Positions 1 to 10,251 of a stretch of 64,000 nucleotides of DNA are shown in pieces. Origin of the DNA: a virus (Duplodnaviria > Caudoviricetes); IMG/VR virus record IMGVR_UViG_3300001528_000580, positions 128,001 through 192,000 of that record; one strand, written 5' to 3'. The notes below the pieces were generated by a model. It saw nothing but the letters and a program-made list of their open reading frames with translations, made no database searches and was not told where the DNA came from. The position numbers were made by a program, and so were the translations under genes. The number at the start of each line of letters is the position of its first letter. Position 1 is the first letter of the stretch.

Positions 1-497
1 AAATTACGAATATCATCTTCAACAATATATGCAGAAGTGATATTACCAAAATGATTATAAAATTTTACCTTATATCCGTTCTCACCATAACAGCTAATTG
101 AATCACCGTTGTAAGTTTCATGATCTTCTGTTAATTTTAATTTATTAATAATTTCTGCATTAACATATCCTACATGATCCATAGTATAATCATAAAAACA
201 AATTATATCTCCAATATTATATTTATATTTATGATTATCTTTTTCCGAACAACTTAAAGCATCATCTATAGTTTCATATTTCTTTCCACAAGTTTTACAA
301 ATTTTTTGTTCTTCAATAATTTTATCTATTGTTAAATTCCATAAAGTTTCAAGTTCTTTTTGTCTATTAAAAATTTCTTTAATATCAGGACATGGAATAG
401 AAAATCTATTTGCTTTTCCACAATTACAATTCAATGAGATTATTTCAACATTATAATTAAAATTAGGTTCTTCATGACATCCAGTACATTTATACAT
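1..497 (-). CDS. Hypothetical Cys-containing protein, truncated by the window edge (not in ORF track)
   Basis: Manual translation from ATG at 497 with AAGGA RBS: MYKCTGCHEEPNF...CKTCGKKY..., open to position 1. Confidence 0.7.
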   Translation of the reverse strand, partial: MYKCTGCHEEPNFNYNVEIISLNCNCGKANRFSIPCPDIKEIFNRQKELETLWNLTIDKIIEEQKICKTCGKKYETIDDALSCSEKDNHKYKYNIGDIICFYDYTMDHVGYVNAEIINKLKLTEDHETYNGDSISCYGENGYKVKFYNHFGNITSAYIVEDDIRN

Positions 498-520
498 AAT
501 ATTTTTCCTTTTTTATTAAT

Positions 521-913
521 TTATGAAAAATCTCCTACAATATAATCATAAGTTCCATTTCCATGTCCAATACATCGTGAATCTAATGTTGACCTTTTTA
601 AATTATTTAACTCATATTCGGCATTATTTTTTTCACATGAAGAAATTTGATTAGAATTATCTATGTTTCTATTTTCGATAATTCTAATCATTTCGTTGTA
701 ACTGATCTTTCTATCATATTCATCTACAATATGTGATTTATTGTTATCAATTAATTTAAATATTTTTTTCCAATCATCCAAATTATTTATTCCCTTTTCA
801 GGAATAACATGCAATTGAAAACACCAACCATAACTTGATAATCCTATATGAATAAGATGATCAAATTTTTCTCCTAACATTGATTTTTCTTTAATATAAT
901 AATTTGTACTCAT
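521..913 (-). CDS. Conserved phage hypothetical protein
   Basis: MSTNYY...HIGLSSYGWCF resembles a recurrent phage family; AAGGA RBS. Confidence 0.7.
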   Translation of the reverse strand: MSTNYYIKEKSMLGEKFDHLIHIGLSSYGWCFQLHVIPEKGINNLDDWKKIFKLIDNNKSHIVDEYDRKISYNEMIRIIENRNIDNSNQISSCEKNNAEYELNNLKRSTLDSRCIGHGNGTYDYIVGDFS

Positions 914-931
914 AATTTTGAAATCCTTATA

Positions 932-1279
932 TCAGTTTTTGTATTTATTATGCCAACTTACATTCATATAATAACGCTCATTGACAATAATCTTAACATC
1001 ATATCCTAAAGTTTCAAGAGTTGATGCAATGCAACCAATTTCCTTATTATTAAGCCTGAAAAAAGTTTGAAGTAAATTTACATTTATCTCCGATTTTTTA
1101 TTTGATTCTTTTTTAATTTTGTTAATAATCTGTTTTAATTTTTTGTTAACACGTTTATAATTTATTTTGTCTTTACCATTATTAAAATTATTTTTAGCAT
1201 CTTCTGCTGTAAACATTTCAACATTGATATTTTCATCAATAATAAACGGAACATCTATCTTTATTGAATTACTCATCAT
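932..1279 (-). CDS. Hypothetical protein
   Basis: ORF coupled to upstream gene. Confidence 0.65.
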   Translation of the reverse strand: MMSNSIKIDVPFIIDENINVEMFTAEDAKNNFNNGKDKINYKRVNKKLKQIINKIKKESNKKSEINVNLLQTFFRLNNKEIGCIASTLETLGYDVKIIVNERYYMNVSWHNKYKN

Positions 1280-1791
1280 TATTTCCTTTTTGCAGTTTTA
1301 CAAAGTAGTACATTATCTTTCGGATAATATTCAACAATATAATCACCAATATTTTTATCATTTCCATCAAGAAGAGTAATAAGATCTATTTCTTTAACAA
1401 ATCTTCTAATCTTTTCAATTTTAAAAAATTGTCTACCGTTTTCTAAACTTGTTGTTACTTTATGTGTTAAAGCATATCTTTTCACAAATTTGTTTAATAA
1501 ATTACAAAATTGTGGTCTGATTTTTTCTAATTCTTCTTCTAACTTAATGTTATATATAGATTCAGGAATATTTTCTTCTTTAGTAATATTTAATCTATCT
1601 TGAAAAAATGAACCTTCGTAAATAAATTCTTTTCGTTTTTTGGACTTATTATTTATAATTGGTTTAATCAAATTTAAAGTTACATCTTCATTTGATTTTT
1701 TAAATCCTGATTTTAACAAAATAATTGTAACAGTTATTAAAAAATAACTAAAAATCATTACGATTAACAAAGCTGGGAAATTATTTGGCAT
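1279..1791 (-). CDS. Hypothetical protein with N-terminal membrane anchor
   Basis: Hydrophobic residues 6-27; AAGGA RBS. Confidence 0.65.
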   Translation of the reverse strand: MPNNFPALLIVMIFSYFLITVTIILLKSGFKKSNEDVTLNLIKPIINNKSKKRKEFIYEGSFFQDRLNITKEENIPESIYNIKLEEELEKIRPQFCNLLNKFVKRYALTHKVTTSLENGRQFFKIEKIRRFVKEIDLITLLDGNDKNIGDYIVEYYPKDNVLLCKTAKRK

Positions 1792-1803
1792 TAATCTATA
1801 TCC

Positions 1804-2244
1804 TTATTTAATTTCAAACAAAATAGTGACATCTTTATTTTCTGCATTCAAATCAAACTGTTTTTTCTTTAACAACTTTCTAAAGTCTAATCTTCCATAT
1901 ACAAAATCATCAAGATACGTTTTGGAAATTTCTTTGATTTTTTCAGGGACAATATTTTTATTATAAAATCTATCATAAATAATATCAAGATGATTTTTAA
2001 CATCTTCATCTTCTTCCATTTGCTTTTCATCAATCAACTCATAGCAAATCCACATAAAATAATGGCACATTTGTTTTAATGATACTGCAAAATTAATAAA
2101 ATTATATGCATCCAACAATTGATCGGGTGATGAAGTATTGTTTTGAATATCATTGGATACTTCTTTATATTTTTCTGACAAAAAGATGTTTTGTTCTTCA
2201 ATTATTTCTTTTTGACGACTGATTGCTTTTTGGAATTTATTCAT
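1804..2244 (-). CDS. Hypothetical protein
   Basis: ORF with GAGG RBS. Confidence 0.65.
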   Translation of the reverse strand: MNKFQKAISRQKEIIEEQNIFLSEKYKEVSNDIQNNTSSPDQLLDAYNFINFAVSLKQMCHYFMWICYELIDEKQMEEDEDVKNHLDIIYDRFYNKNIVPEKIKEISKTYLDDFVYGRLDFRKLLKKKQFDLNAENKDVTILFEIK

Positions 2245-2258
2245 ATAGATTAACCTCT

Positions 2259-2567
2259 TTATTTTTTTAATTCATCCAAACTTTGAATGAGATTTTCATA
2301 AACTTTGATAACTTCTTTTATCTCTTTTCTCATTTCACTAATCATATAATCAGTTACTTCTTTAATTTTATCTTTGTCTGGATTAATCAAATTAACCAAA
2401 TATTGACCGTCTGATTTTATGATTTCACCAATATTATCTTTGAAAACGTCCCAACCATTTACAACATATCGATCACCATCATCATAAATATCTGTGGTTT
2501 CTTTTTTAATAAAATCCATCCGTTTATTGGCTCTATTCCATGTAAGATACAATTGTACTACTTTCAT
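2259..2567 (-). CDS. Hypothetical protein
   Basis: ORF downstream of promoter 2596-2623. Confidence 0.65.
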   Translation of the reverse strand: MKVVQLYLTWNRANKRMDFIKKETTDIYDDGDRYVVNGWDVFKDNIGEIIKSDGQYLVNLINPDKDKIKEVTDYMISEMRKEIKEVIKVYENLIQSLDELKK

Positions 2568-2595
2568 AATATACCTTTATATTATAGTTATTAAT

Positions 2596-2623
2596 AATAT
2601 AACTCTTAAACAATTATTTTCAA
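2596..2623 (-). promoter_or_regulatory. Sigma70-like promoter, 16-bp spacer
   Basis: TTGAAA-N16-TATATT. Confidence 0.7.
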
Positions 2624-2633
2624 GTTATAAATA

Positions 2634-3320
2634 TTATTTTTCATTTAAAAAAGTTATAATTTCCATAACTTTTTTTGCAATTTTCTTCATTGAAGAAACA
2701 TATATTAAATTTATTTTATTATCTAATCTGTTATTATGTATTGTTAACATCAATTCTCTCATTGCAGAACCAAATGTTAAACAATCAGGAGCCATACTTA
2801 ATGTAATGGTAGGTATCTTATATTCACGAAATACATTACCATCATTAAATGGCATTTTTCCTTTTTTACAATCATATAAACAATCTTTTAATTTATAAAT
2901 ATTATTGTCAACATGTATAACACCATTTAATCCAACAACGTCTAAATTGATTACAGCGTTAATTTTCTTTTTGTTTAACTTCATATATAAATCAACACCA
3001 CGACCACCAAGTTCTTCTTTATCTGTAAAAACAATTTCAACATTATCAGGAACTTTGTTTATTAATTTTAACAAACAAACAAGGCTGCTACTATTATCAT
3101 TGTAACCAAAACTATTTGGAACAACATCATAATGAGCAACCAAAACAATAATATTATCACTTACTTTTGCAGGAATAATAATATCAAATGTATTTCTATC
3201 ATCATTCCATATCTCATGATATATACTATCATCAGATAATAAACTGATTATTTTATTTCTTCTTTCATCAGTTTTGTTATCTGAAATATATTTTAAAAGT
3301 TTTTTCCAAGATCTAATCAT
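2634..3320 (-). CDS. M28-family zinc peptidase
   Basis: Motifs AHYD, GYNDNSS, FTDKEELG, INLDVVG and a C-terminal His (IHN..D). Confidence 0.85.
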   Translation of the reverse strand: MIRSWKKLLKYISDNKTDERRNKIISLLSDDSIYHEIWNDDRNTFDIIIPAKVSDNIIVLVAHYDVVPNSFGYNDNSSSLVCLLKLINKVPDNVEIVFTDKEELGGRGVDLYMKLNKKKINAVINLDVVGLNGVIHVDNNIYKLKDCLYDCKKGKMPFNDGNVFREYKIPTITLSMAPDCLTFGSAMRELMLTIHNNRLDNKINLIYVSSMKKIAKKVMEIITFLNEK

Positions 3321-3897
3321 TCATTTTTTCTTTTTGTTTTATCATAGTTCCAATCGTAAAGTAATCTATTGGTTTGAATCCTTTTCTATGAAGTTTATAT
3401 GCAAATTTATCAATATGTCTCATATAACCGAAAATAGCGCCAAAATTCTTATAATGTTCTACGATTTTTTTATATAAGTCTTGTATTGAAACATTATAAT
3501 TGCATTCTGATATTACTTCTAAGATATGAAATTCATTTGTAACATCAAAATTAATAATTCCATCGATATATTTCATTAATCTTTCATCTGGCTTAACATT
3601 ATGTTCTTTCAAATAATGAATATATCCTGATGGAATAACAAACGATACATCTCCAAATTCTACTTTTGATTCAGAACTTCCGTTATTCATATCACAAATT
3701 CTGCAATATGAATCTCCATGATAACTGGTTATATATCCATTGTTATAAACTGTTTCAATAGCTTCAATTACAATCTTTTTATATTCTTCTGTAACATTCC
3801 AACTATTTTCAATAGGAATAGGAAATCTTTTTGAATCATAAGAGTTATATTTGATATCTTCCCAATAAAGATAAATTAAATTATTTCTATTGTTCAT
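3313..3897 (-). CDS. Conserved hypothetical protein
   Basis: GDSYCRICD..NGS.E and PSGYIHYLKEHNVKP motifs. Confidence 0.7.
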   Translation of the reverse strand: MNNRNNLIYLYWEDIKYNSYDSKRFPIPIENSWNVTEEYKKIVIEAIETVYNNGYITSYHGDSYCRICDMNNGSSESKVEFGDVSFVIPSGYIHYLKEHNVKPDERLMKYIDGIINFDVTNEFHILEVISECNYNVSIQDLYKKIVEHYKNFGAIFGYMRHIDKFAYKLHRKGFKPIDYFTIGTMIKQKEKMND

Positions 3898-4282
3898 TAA
3901 TTTTATTACTACTATTTAAATATTCTGAGTCTTTTAAGAAAAAGTATACATTACAAAACTGTATACCTCCTTTATATTTAACGTTTATTTTATATACTTT
4001 ATTATCTTGATCTTTTACATTACCAAAATATTGGTTTAATTCTTTTTGAAATTTAAAATCATTAAATTCAATTTTTTTATCATAATAGAACAAACAATAT
4101 TCAACTATCATTGATTTTATTTGATCTTCTGTATAATATTGAATTCTTTTTCCACCTCTACCAATTTCATGATCTACATTAACAAATTCTTTTGGAATAT
4201 TATTATCTGAACATCCGGTAATGATGAATGAGAATATTACAAAAAACATCAAAGATAACATTTTTATTTTATTCATTTTCAT
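3887..4282 (-). CDS. Putative lipoprotein
   Basis: Start revised to MKMNKIK (AAGGA RBS); basic N-terminus, hydrophobic stretch, lipobox-like ITGC. Confidence 0.6.
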   Translation of the reverse strand: MKMNKIKMLSLMFFVIFSFIITGCSDNNIPKEFVNVDHEIGRGGKRIQYYTEDQIKSMIVEYCLFYYDKKIEFNDFKFQKELNQYFGNVKDQDNKVYKINVKYKGGIQFCNVYFFLKDSEYLNSSNKINEQ

Positions 4283-4292
4283 GATTACATCC

Positions 4293-5789
4293 TTAATTTT
4301 TATTTTCAATTTTATAGTTAATAAAATCTCCAATAGTAACATCATAAATTTTCTTGTTGCTATTGTCATTACAAAAATGAACTAATTTTTCTACCATAGA
4401 CAAACGTTCAATAAACGTATTATAATCATAAGTAGATTTACAAAATCTAATTTCTACAGTATTTTCATTAGTGAAATTTACAGCATCACAATGAGCAGAC
4501 GAATCTCTTACTCCCCATTGATCTTCATTTTTATAATGTTTTTGGCAATAACCACCAAATTCTCTTCCCCCTATTTGTTGAAAATAATGTTCGTTATTAT
4601 TCACAATATAATCTAAAAGAGCAATAGAAATATTGTTTTTAAATGCCGTTCTATTTACGTGAAAATGCAGTCCACAATTGTTTACATCATTAACATCATT
4701 TTCATTTAAATGACGAAACAAATCTTTCCATTCATTATTACAATGATATTCGTATGTCGCTGGATGAGAAACAATCTCTACTCCACGAGTACAACTGAGA
4801 CTTCCATCTTGTTTGAAATAAAAGAACTTATTTTTATATACGTTTCTCAAAAAATTATTCCGTTCATATCTTTCATTTCCTTGAATTTCTAATTCAACAC
4901 CAATAAAGATGTTTTTATTTTGACCTACTACGGAATAAAAATGTGGATTAGGTTTATGAAAATAACTGGCAATAGCAATTTGTTCAAAACAACTATCACA
5001 AGGATCATTATGACCATTTTTATCTACATAATGACCACAAGTGTTACACTTTTTTGCATGATTGTTAATACAATTATCACAATACAAATACAAGATAAAT
5101 TCATTTTTTTTCGATATTGGATAATACTTATTACAGTCATAACATTCAAAATACTTGTTGTTGATACACGCAGTACAAAGACGTTTTTTTGTACCATCAA
5201 AAAGTGTGATAGTTTCAATATCATTCAGACTATTACATTCTTCACATGCTTCAAAATCTTTAGCGCACTTATTGCAATAAAATTTATTAATAATCCAATT
5301 TCTATCAACTTTATATTCATTTTTGAAAGTAGTGTCTATGAGACTATCACATTTTTCGCATTGAATAAGATAACTATTTGCACAACGTTTACAATAATAC
5401 CGTCCATTTATCTTAACAGTGTTAGGATTATTTTTCCAAACAATAGTAGTACAACGTTTACAATGTGCGCCAATATTGTTTAAGCATTGCTTACAAATAT
5501 ATTTGTCATTATAAGGATAGATTTCATCCGAAGAATGGTGTTTTCTGCAAGCCATACACTTGTATTTTTTATTTTTATCAAGATGAAAATGATTTTCAAA
5601 GCATTTATTACACATTTTCCAACCTCTAAATCTTCTGAAATTATCTTTGAAATCGTATGTACAGCAATTGCCGCACGAACAAATCTCATCGTTATTATTT
5701 AATTTATCATAACATTCACGACAGATATACTGGTCATTTCCGAAATTATAAAAGAAGGTAATAGTAGCTCCGCAATGACAACATTTCAT
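4293..5789 (-). CDS. Putative amidoligase (COOH-NH2 ligase fold), paralog 1, with about 16 N-terminal CxxC motifs
   Basis: GVELE, KQDGSL, EIVSHP, CGLHFH, AVN..TVEIRF; start revised to MKCCHC (RBS present; the longer start overlaps the promoter). Confidence 0.85.
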   Translation of the reverse strand: MKCCHCGATITFFYNFGNDQYICRECYDKLNNNDEICSCGNCCTYDFKDNFRRFRGWKMCNKCFENHFHLDKNKKYKCMACRKHHSSDEIYPYNDKYICKQCLNNIGAHCKRCTTIVWKNNPNTVKINGRYYCKRCANSYLIQCEKCDSLIDTTFKNEYKVDRNWIINKFYCNKCAKDFEACEECNSLNDIETITLFDGTKKRLCTACINNKYFECYDCNKYYPISKKNEFILYLYCDNCINNHAKKCNTCGHYVDKNGHNDPCDSCFEQIAIASYFHKPNPHFYSVVGQNKNIFIGVELEIQGNERYERNNFLRNVYKNKFFYFKQDGSLSCTRGVEIVSHPATYEYHCNNEWKDLFRHLNENDVNDVNNCGLHFHVNRTAFKNNISIALLDYIVNNNEHYFQQIGGREFGGYCQKHYKNEDQWGVRDSSAHCDAVNFTNENTVEIRFCKSTYDYNTFIERLSMVEKLVHFCNDNSNKKIYDVTIGDFINYKIENKN

Positions 5790-5834
5790 TTTGAATTTCC
5801 TTAAATAAAAAATTCTTGTTTTTGTTTGTAATAT

Positions 5835-5862
5835 ACTATACACCAAAAACAAGAAAATACAA
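5835..5862 (-). promoter_or_regulatory. Sigma70-like promoter of amidoligase 1
   Basis: TTGTAT-N16-TATAGT. Confidence 0.75.
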
Positions 5863-5889
5863 GTATATTTTTTATTTTTTTGCTATTTT

Positions 5890-6267
5890 TTATTTAAAAA
5901 ATTCTTCATAGTTAGGGTTTTTATACCAGTTAGTAATATAACCTTTTGAAATATTGAGATTAATATAATCTCCATATCCATCAGAATCAGGTATAGCTTT
6001 ATTAGGAACATAATTATCTTCAATAGAAGCAATTATGTTTTTGTTTTTGTCAAGAAGATAATAACTTCCAGAATCAACTGGTTTTGCAAAGAAATTATAA
6101 TCAATATCTTTAGGGAAATTAATTATTTCACCAGTTTCAACATCGACAATAATTTTCCAACGATCCCAACCATGTTTAGATTTTTCTCTACAAGGAAAAT
6201 CTTCTGGAATTTCATCATCATACATTACAGGAACATCAATTTTTAGGAATTTTATATCTTTCATCAT
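5890..6267 (-). CDS. Conserved phage hypothetical protein
   Basis: DGYGDYINLNI..G.I.NW motif; GGAG RBS. Confidence 0.7.
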   Translation of the reverse strand: MMKDIKFLKIDVPVMYDDEIPEDFPCREKSKHGWDRWKIIVDVETGEIINFPKDIDYNFFAKPVDSGSYYLLDKNKNIIASIEDNYVPNKAIPDSDGYGDYINLNISKGYITNWYKNPNYEEFFK

Positions 6268-6432
6268 TTATAACTCCATAAGATATTTTATTTTATTAAC
6301 AGAAAAAACAATCCATAACAATATACTTGTTAAATTCAAGATAATAGAAATAACAAATAACTTTTTATAGTTACAAATCATTCCAATAATCCAAAGCAAC
6401 AAAGCTACAATAGCAATAAAGTTATATATCAT
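6268..6432 (-). CDS. Small two-TM membrane protein (54 aa, not in ORF track)
   Basis: MIYNFIAIVALLLWIIGMICNYKKLFVISIILNL...; stop abuts next ATG. Confidence 0.5.
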   Translation of the reverse strand: MIYNFIAIVALLLWIIGMICNYKKLFVISIILNLTSILLWIVFSVNKIKYLMEL

Positions 6433-6559
6433 ATTAATTTCCTATTTATTATAAATTGATAAAAACAGAAAAATTGCAACAGCGATCATAATAATTGCGA
6501 TCATATTAACTCCATATATTTTTATAACATTAAAAGTTGCAATTTTTTCGTTTTTATCT

Positions 6560-6889
6560 TTAATAAGAATATTGTTTCCTTGATTTAACAATAAAAACTT
6601 TTCCGTTATCATAATCAATAAGATCAACATATTTCATCGAAAATTTTTCTTTCAATTGAATATCAAATTGATTAAATTTGTTAATCGTGTCAACATCAAA
6701 TTTTTTCAATCCATTGATATCTTGATCTGTTAAATCAATTTCAACATATTTCCAATCAGATTTGTTATAAGAATCATATTCTTCTGTAAGTCCTTCACAA
6801 TCAATTGTTTCAAAAATATCTTGTGTTACATTTTTGAATATTTTTGTATTGAGTTGTGAAAAATAATTATTGAAATTATAAACTGGCAT
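6560..6889 (-). CDS. Hypothetical protein
   Basis: AAGGAG RBS. Confidence 0.65.
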   Translation of the reverse strand: MPVYNFNNYFSQLNTKIFKNVTQDIFETIDCEGLTEEYDSYNKSDWKYVEIDLTDQDINGLKKFDVDTINKFNQFDIQLKEKFSMKYVDLIDYDNGKVFIVKSRKQYSY

Positions 6890-6958
6890 AATAGAATATT
6901 CTCCTTATATTTTGATATTAATATAATACATTAACAACTGTTTTGCAAGTTTATTTTT

Positions 6959-7180
6959 TTATTTTTTCTGTATTTCTCTAAATGTTTGTTTGATTAAAGA
7001 GAATATTTTTTCAAATTCAGGATGATTTCCGTTTTTTATAGGAAAATTTCTAATAAGCCAAGATACAGAACTTAATACTGTTCCACTATCTTTGCTTTTT
7101 AATCCTTCTTTTCTCATTTCAGGAATGAGTAATCCTTCTTCAATTTCAATAGCTTCAACAAGTTTATCGATAGTACTCAT
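6959..7180 (-). CDS. Hypothetical protein
   Basis: ORF with purine-rich RBS. Confidence 0.6.
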   Translation of the reverse strand: MSTIDKLVEAIEIEEGLLIPEMRKEGLKSKDSGTVLSSVSWLIRNFPIKNGNHPEFEKIFSLIKQTFREIQKK

Positions 7181-7203
7181 TTTTTCTTTCCCTATAAATC
7201 TAT

Positions 7204-7386
7204 TTATTCAACATCTGGCAACTTAATATCTGCAAATTTCTCAAGTTCATTTTTTGCATTAATCAATTCTTGTTTTTCTTGATTAAAGCATCCTAAATCA
7301 GTAATGCAAAAATCTCTATCTTCATTATACACATAATATTTTTCTGCATAGTTATGAATAAGTTTTGCAAGTTTGTCTTTATTCAT
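7204..7386 (-). CDS. Hypothetical protein
   Basis: AAGGAG RBS, overlaps upstream stop. Confidence 0.6.
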   Translation of the reverse strand: MNKDKLAKLIHNYAEKYYVYNEDRDFCITDLGCFNQEKQELINAKNELEKFADIKLPDVE

Positions 7387-7888
7387 TTACATTCTCCTTT
7401 TTAAATTTATCCTTTAAATTTAACAATACCTTCAATGTATTTTCATCAGAATGTTTTATAAATTCATCGACATCAACTTTTTTAATAGTATCTATAAAAT
7501 ATTTTGTTCCATTATATATCATAATTTTTTCATCATCTGAAAATTTAGGATTCATTGATGCAAATTCTCTTGTTCCTGCTGATCCAATATAAAAATCATT
7601 ATTTTTAAATGTTTCACGAAAATTATTTCTTATTTTTGTGCTTATGGCAGCATCTCTTGAAGCCATAAAAACAATTCCTGATGTAAGGAATGTCATCATT
7701 ACACATACCATTAAATGGGATGTTGTATCTGCTGAAACCGAAAACATTTGATAACAATGTTCAATAAATTTATTTTTATTTCCCAAAATGCCTAATAAAA
7801 GAATAAACAAACCATATAAGATTATAAAAGCTACAAAAGAAAAACCAATTGTCCCAATGATCAATCCAACATTCCAATCATATTCCAT
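7379..7888 (-). CDS. Membrane protein (two TM segments)
   Basis: Two hydrophobic helices; AAGGAG RBS; promoter 7938-7965. Confidence 0.7.
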   Translation of the reverse strand: MEYDWNVGLIIGTIGFSFVAFIILYGLFILLLGILGNKNKFIEHCYQMFSVSADTTSHLMVCVMMTFLTSGIVFMASRDAAISTKIRNNFRETFKNNDFYIGSAGTREFASMNPKFSDDEKIMIYNGTKYFIDTIKKVDVDEFIKHSDENTLKVLLNLKDKFKKENVNE

Positions 7889-7937
7889 TATAATTTCTCC
7901 TTAAAATAAAAATGGTGTATAGTTACCACATACGAAT

Positions 7938-7965
7938 AATATACACCAAAAATTGTAAAATTCAA
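7938..7965 (-). promoter_or_regulatory. Sigma70-like promoter
   Basis: TTGAAT-N16-TATATT. Confidence 0.75.
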
Positions 7966-7991
7966 ATGTTGTCATTGAATTTTTTATTTTT

Positions 7992-8523
7992 TTATGCGAA
8001 TTGAACTTTGCATCCTTTTACTGTTTTTATTTTCCCTGTTAAACACTTTCTAACTGATGATTCATCGACACCTAAAACAGAGGCTCCAATACCTATTGAT
8101 GGTAATTTTCTTTCAAGTCCATTTGAATAAATAAATTTAATTTCTTTACCACCTTTTAATCTTGATTGTTTTATTCTTTTTTCATAATCAGAAGATTTTT
8201 TAATAAAATTTTCTCTGCGATTATGAATAACATAATCTAAGTTGAGTAGTTCTTTTCTTGTAATCCATTTAAGATTTTCAACACTGTTATTTGTTTGATT
8301 AAAATCTTTATGAAATACATCATATTTTATATCATTTTGCAGGTTTAAGAATCTTTTCATGAACATTAGACCATTTGATTGTTCTATGCTGAATAGTTCC
8401 TGTTATTTTATTATCTAATTCCGCTATTCCTGTTATATTACATTCTACTCTTTTAACTCTACCAAAATTTGAAATTTGATACAATCCCTTATAACCTTTT
8501 ATATCTTTCCATTTTTCTTGCAT
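7992..8523 (-). pseudogene. Split NUMOD4-HNH-NUMOD1 homing endonuclease
   Basis: 8332-8523 is a NUMOD4 domain (EKWKDIKGYKGLYQISNFGRV); 7992-8366 in another frame has a degenerate HNH (HKDFNQTNNSVENLKW) and a NUMOD1-like HTH; the linker between them appears deleted. Confidence 0.75.
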
Positions 8524-8554
8524 TAATAAAACTCCTTTGTTAAGTTTAATATAT

Positions 8555-8582
8555 AATATAATACAAGAATAACAAAATACAA
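8555..8582 (-). promoter_or_regulatory. Sigma70-like promoter
   Basis: TTGTAT-N16-TATATT. Confidence 0.7.
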
Positions 8583-8592
8583 GCTAAAGTTA

Positions 8593-9159
8593 TTAATTTA
8601 TTAATTGTGTTTTGATAAAATCAGTTGAGTTCATCCATTGCTTATGTTCTAAAGAATAAACTTCTTCAAGCATTTCAATTAACAACGGGTTGTGGCAAGA
8701 TAAAATAAATTGATTGTTATTTTCACAACTATTTTTAATAGCATTTCCAAGCGTTTTGATTGACCTAATAGATAAAGACATATCAGGTTCATCAAGAATG
8801 ATAAGCGTATTCTTGACTTCTTCTATATGCTTTAAAATTGATTTATTAATTTCTCCATGAGATTTAAAATGTGAAAGTAATGCAAATTCATACAAATTTC
8901 CATCGTTTGCATATTTATCAAGATTACTTGTTCTTGTATTCATTTTTTCAAAATCAAAAAAGATAAAGTTCATTTTATCTTTCATAATAACTTTAATATA
9001 ACTTTTATCTTTATTTTTTGTATGTTCGACGATAGCTTTAATTAAAGAACTTTTGCCACAACCATTATCTCCAACAATAGGATTAATTTTTTTAAATTCA
9101 ATAACTAAATCTTTCTTTAAACATCTAAAATCTTTAACAAATGAAATTTTTTCAAGCAT
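8593..9159 (-). CDS. Small ABC/AAA-type ATPase
   Basis: Walker A GDNGCGKS, signature SHGE, Walker B ILDEPD, H-loop SCHNP. Confidence 0.85.
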   Translation of the reverse strand: MLEKISFVKDFRCLKKDLVIEFKKINPIVGDNGCGKSSLIKAIVEHTKNKDKSYIKVIMKDKMNFIFFDFEKMNTRTSNLDKYANDGNLYEFALLSHFKSHGEINKSILKHIEEVKNTLIILDEPDMSLSIRSIKTLGNAIKNSCENNNQFILSCHNPLLIEMLEEVYSLEHKQWMNSTDFIKTQLIN

Positions 9160-9190
9160 AATAAAAACCTTATATTTTTTAACTCAAAAA

Positions 9191-9220
9191 AAATATTGGA
9201 TAATTCTTTATCCAATATTT
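9191..9220 (-). terminator. Probable intrinsic terminator
   Basis: AAATATTGGATAA/TTATCCAATATTT stem with U-tract on the minus strand. Confidence 0.6.
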
Positions 9221-9240
9221 ATATTTTATTTGAGAATTAT

Positions 9241-9435
9241 TTATTCATAATATTCGTCATCGTCATCTTCTGCAAATCTTATGTGTTCACGTTTATATTT
9301 TTTCTTTGGCGGTTTTGCTCTATCTCTATCCATAAAAGATTTATTCTTTCCATGTTTTTTATTGTATCTGTTTTTATTGTGACTTTTATCTGGATCGTAA
9401 TTAAAATCCTCAATTTTTTCTTTCATTATAAACAC
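9241..9435 (-). CDS. Small charged hypothetical protein
   Basis: Basic core and acidic tail; followed by a hairpin. Confidence 0.55.
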   Translation of the reverse strand: MFIMKEKIEDFNYDPDKSHNKNRYNKKHGKNKSFMDRDRAKPPKKKYKREHIRFAEDDDDEYYE

Positions 9436-9486
9436 CTAGCAGTTAATACTTATCCTATTTTTTTACAAACCTACTTCATGTAGATT

Positions 9487-9792
9487 TTATTTTTTAATTC
9501 CTGTATGAGTTATAACAGTGAACCCATTTTGTTTAAATTTTGGTCTTGCTGTAATTGTGATGGTTTGTTTATTATCAAATGCATCTTTGAATTCTTGAAT
9601 TTTTGAACCATAGTAATTACAAACATATTTGTTGTTTTCTTCATCTTCAAATTCAATTGTATATTTATCTTTATAATCAGCTCTTTCATTTTCGATCAAG
9701 TTGATTTTGATAACTTTTACTTTGATTACCAAACGTACTGGCTCAAGATAGCCACGGTTTTTTGAATCAAAAAATTTCATCTTTAGCTCCAA
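9487..9792 (-). CDS. Hypothetical protein, possibly OB-fold
   Basis: Alternating beta-strand pattern only. Confidence 0.55.
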   Translation of the reverse strand: MELKMKFFDSKNRGYLEPVRLVIKVKVIKINLIENERADYKDKYTIEFEDEENNKYVCNYYGSKIQEFKDAFDNKQTITITARPKFKQNGFTVITHTGIKK

Positions 9793-10109
9793 TATTTGTT
9801 TGTCTTGTTCTTCTGATTATTATTTGTGTAATTATCTACAATTAGATTGTTTAATTTTTCAAACTTTTTTGTTTGTCCTCCGAATAATGATAAATCAGAA
9901 TATTTTTTTAATCCTAATTCTAGATATAATCCTGATCCCCATTCAGAATATAAAATATAAAGACTGCATTTAACATTTATCGAATTAAAATATATTATAT
10001 TTGCAAGTCCGCCTCTTGACGTTTTTATCGTTTCTTTATTATAATATTTTATTTCGTTTTCTTTTAAAAATTTTCTTAGATTTTTTTCTATTGTGTCACA
10101 AAAAAACAT
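9783..10109 (-). CDS. Hypothetical protein
   Basis: Promoter 10140-10167 and RBS. Confidence 0.6.
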   Translation of the reverse strand: MFFCDTIEKNLRKFLKENEIKYYNKETIKTSRGGLANIIYFNSINVKCSLYILYSEWGSGLYLELGLKKYSDLSLFGGQTKKFEKLNNLIVDNYTNNNQKNKTNKYWS

Positions 10110-10139
10110 TTTTTAAAATTCCTATTGCTTCTTATACTA

Positions 10140-10167
10140 AATATACACCATATTTTGTAAAATGCAA
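10140..10167 (-). promoter_or_regulatory. Sigma70-like promoter
   Basis: TTGCAT-N16-TATATT. Confidence 0.75.
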
Positions 10168-10251
10168 ATATTGAAAAACAAAAAACATGAAAAATAAAAA
10201 TATATAATTATGGATAATAATATAAATATTTAGGAAATAAAAAAATAAAAA

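Noticed and set aside
7992-8523. Programmed frameshift joining NUMOD4 and HNH
   Set aside because: The usual intervening segment seems deleted and the HNH is degenerate; decay is the simpler explanation
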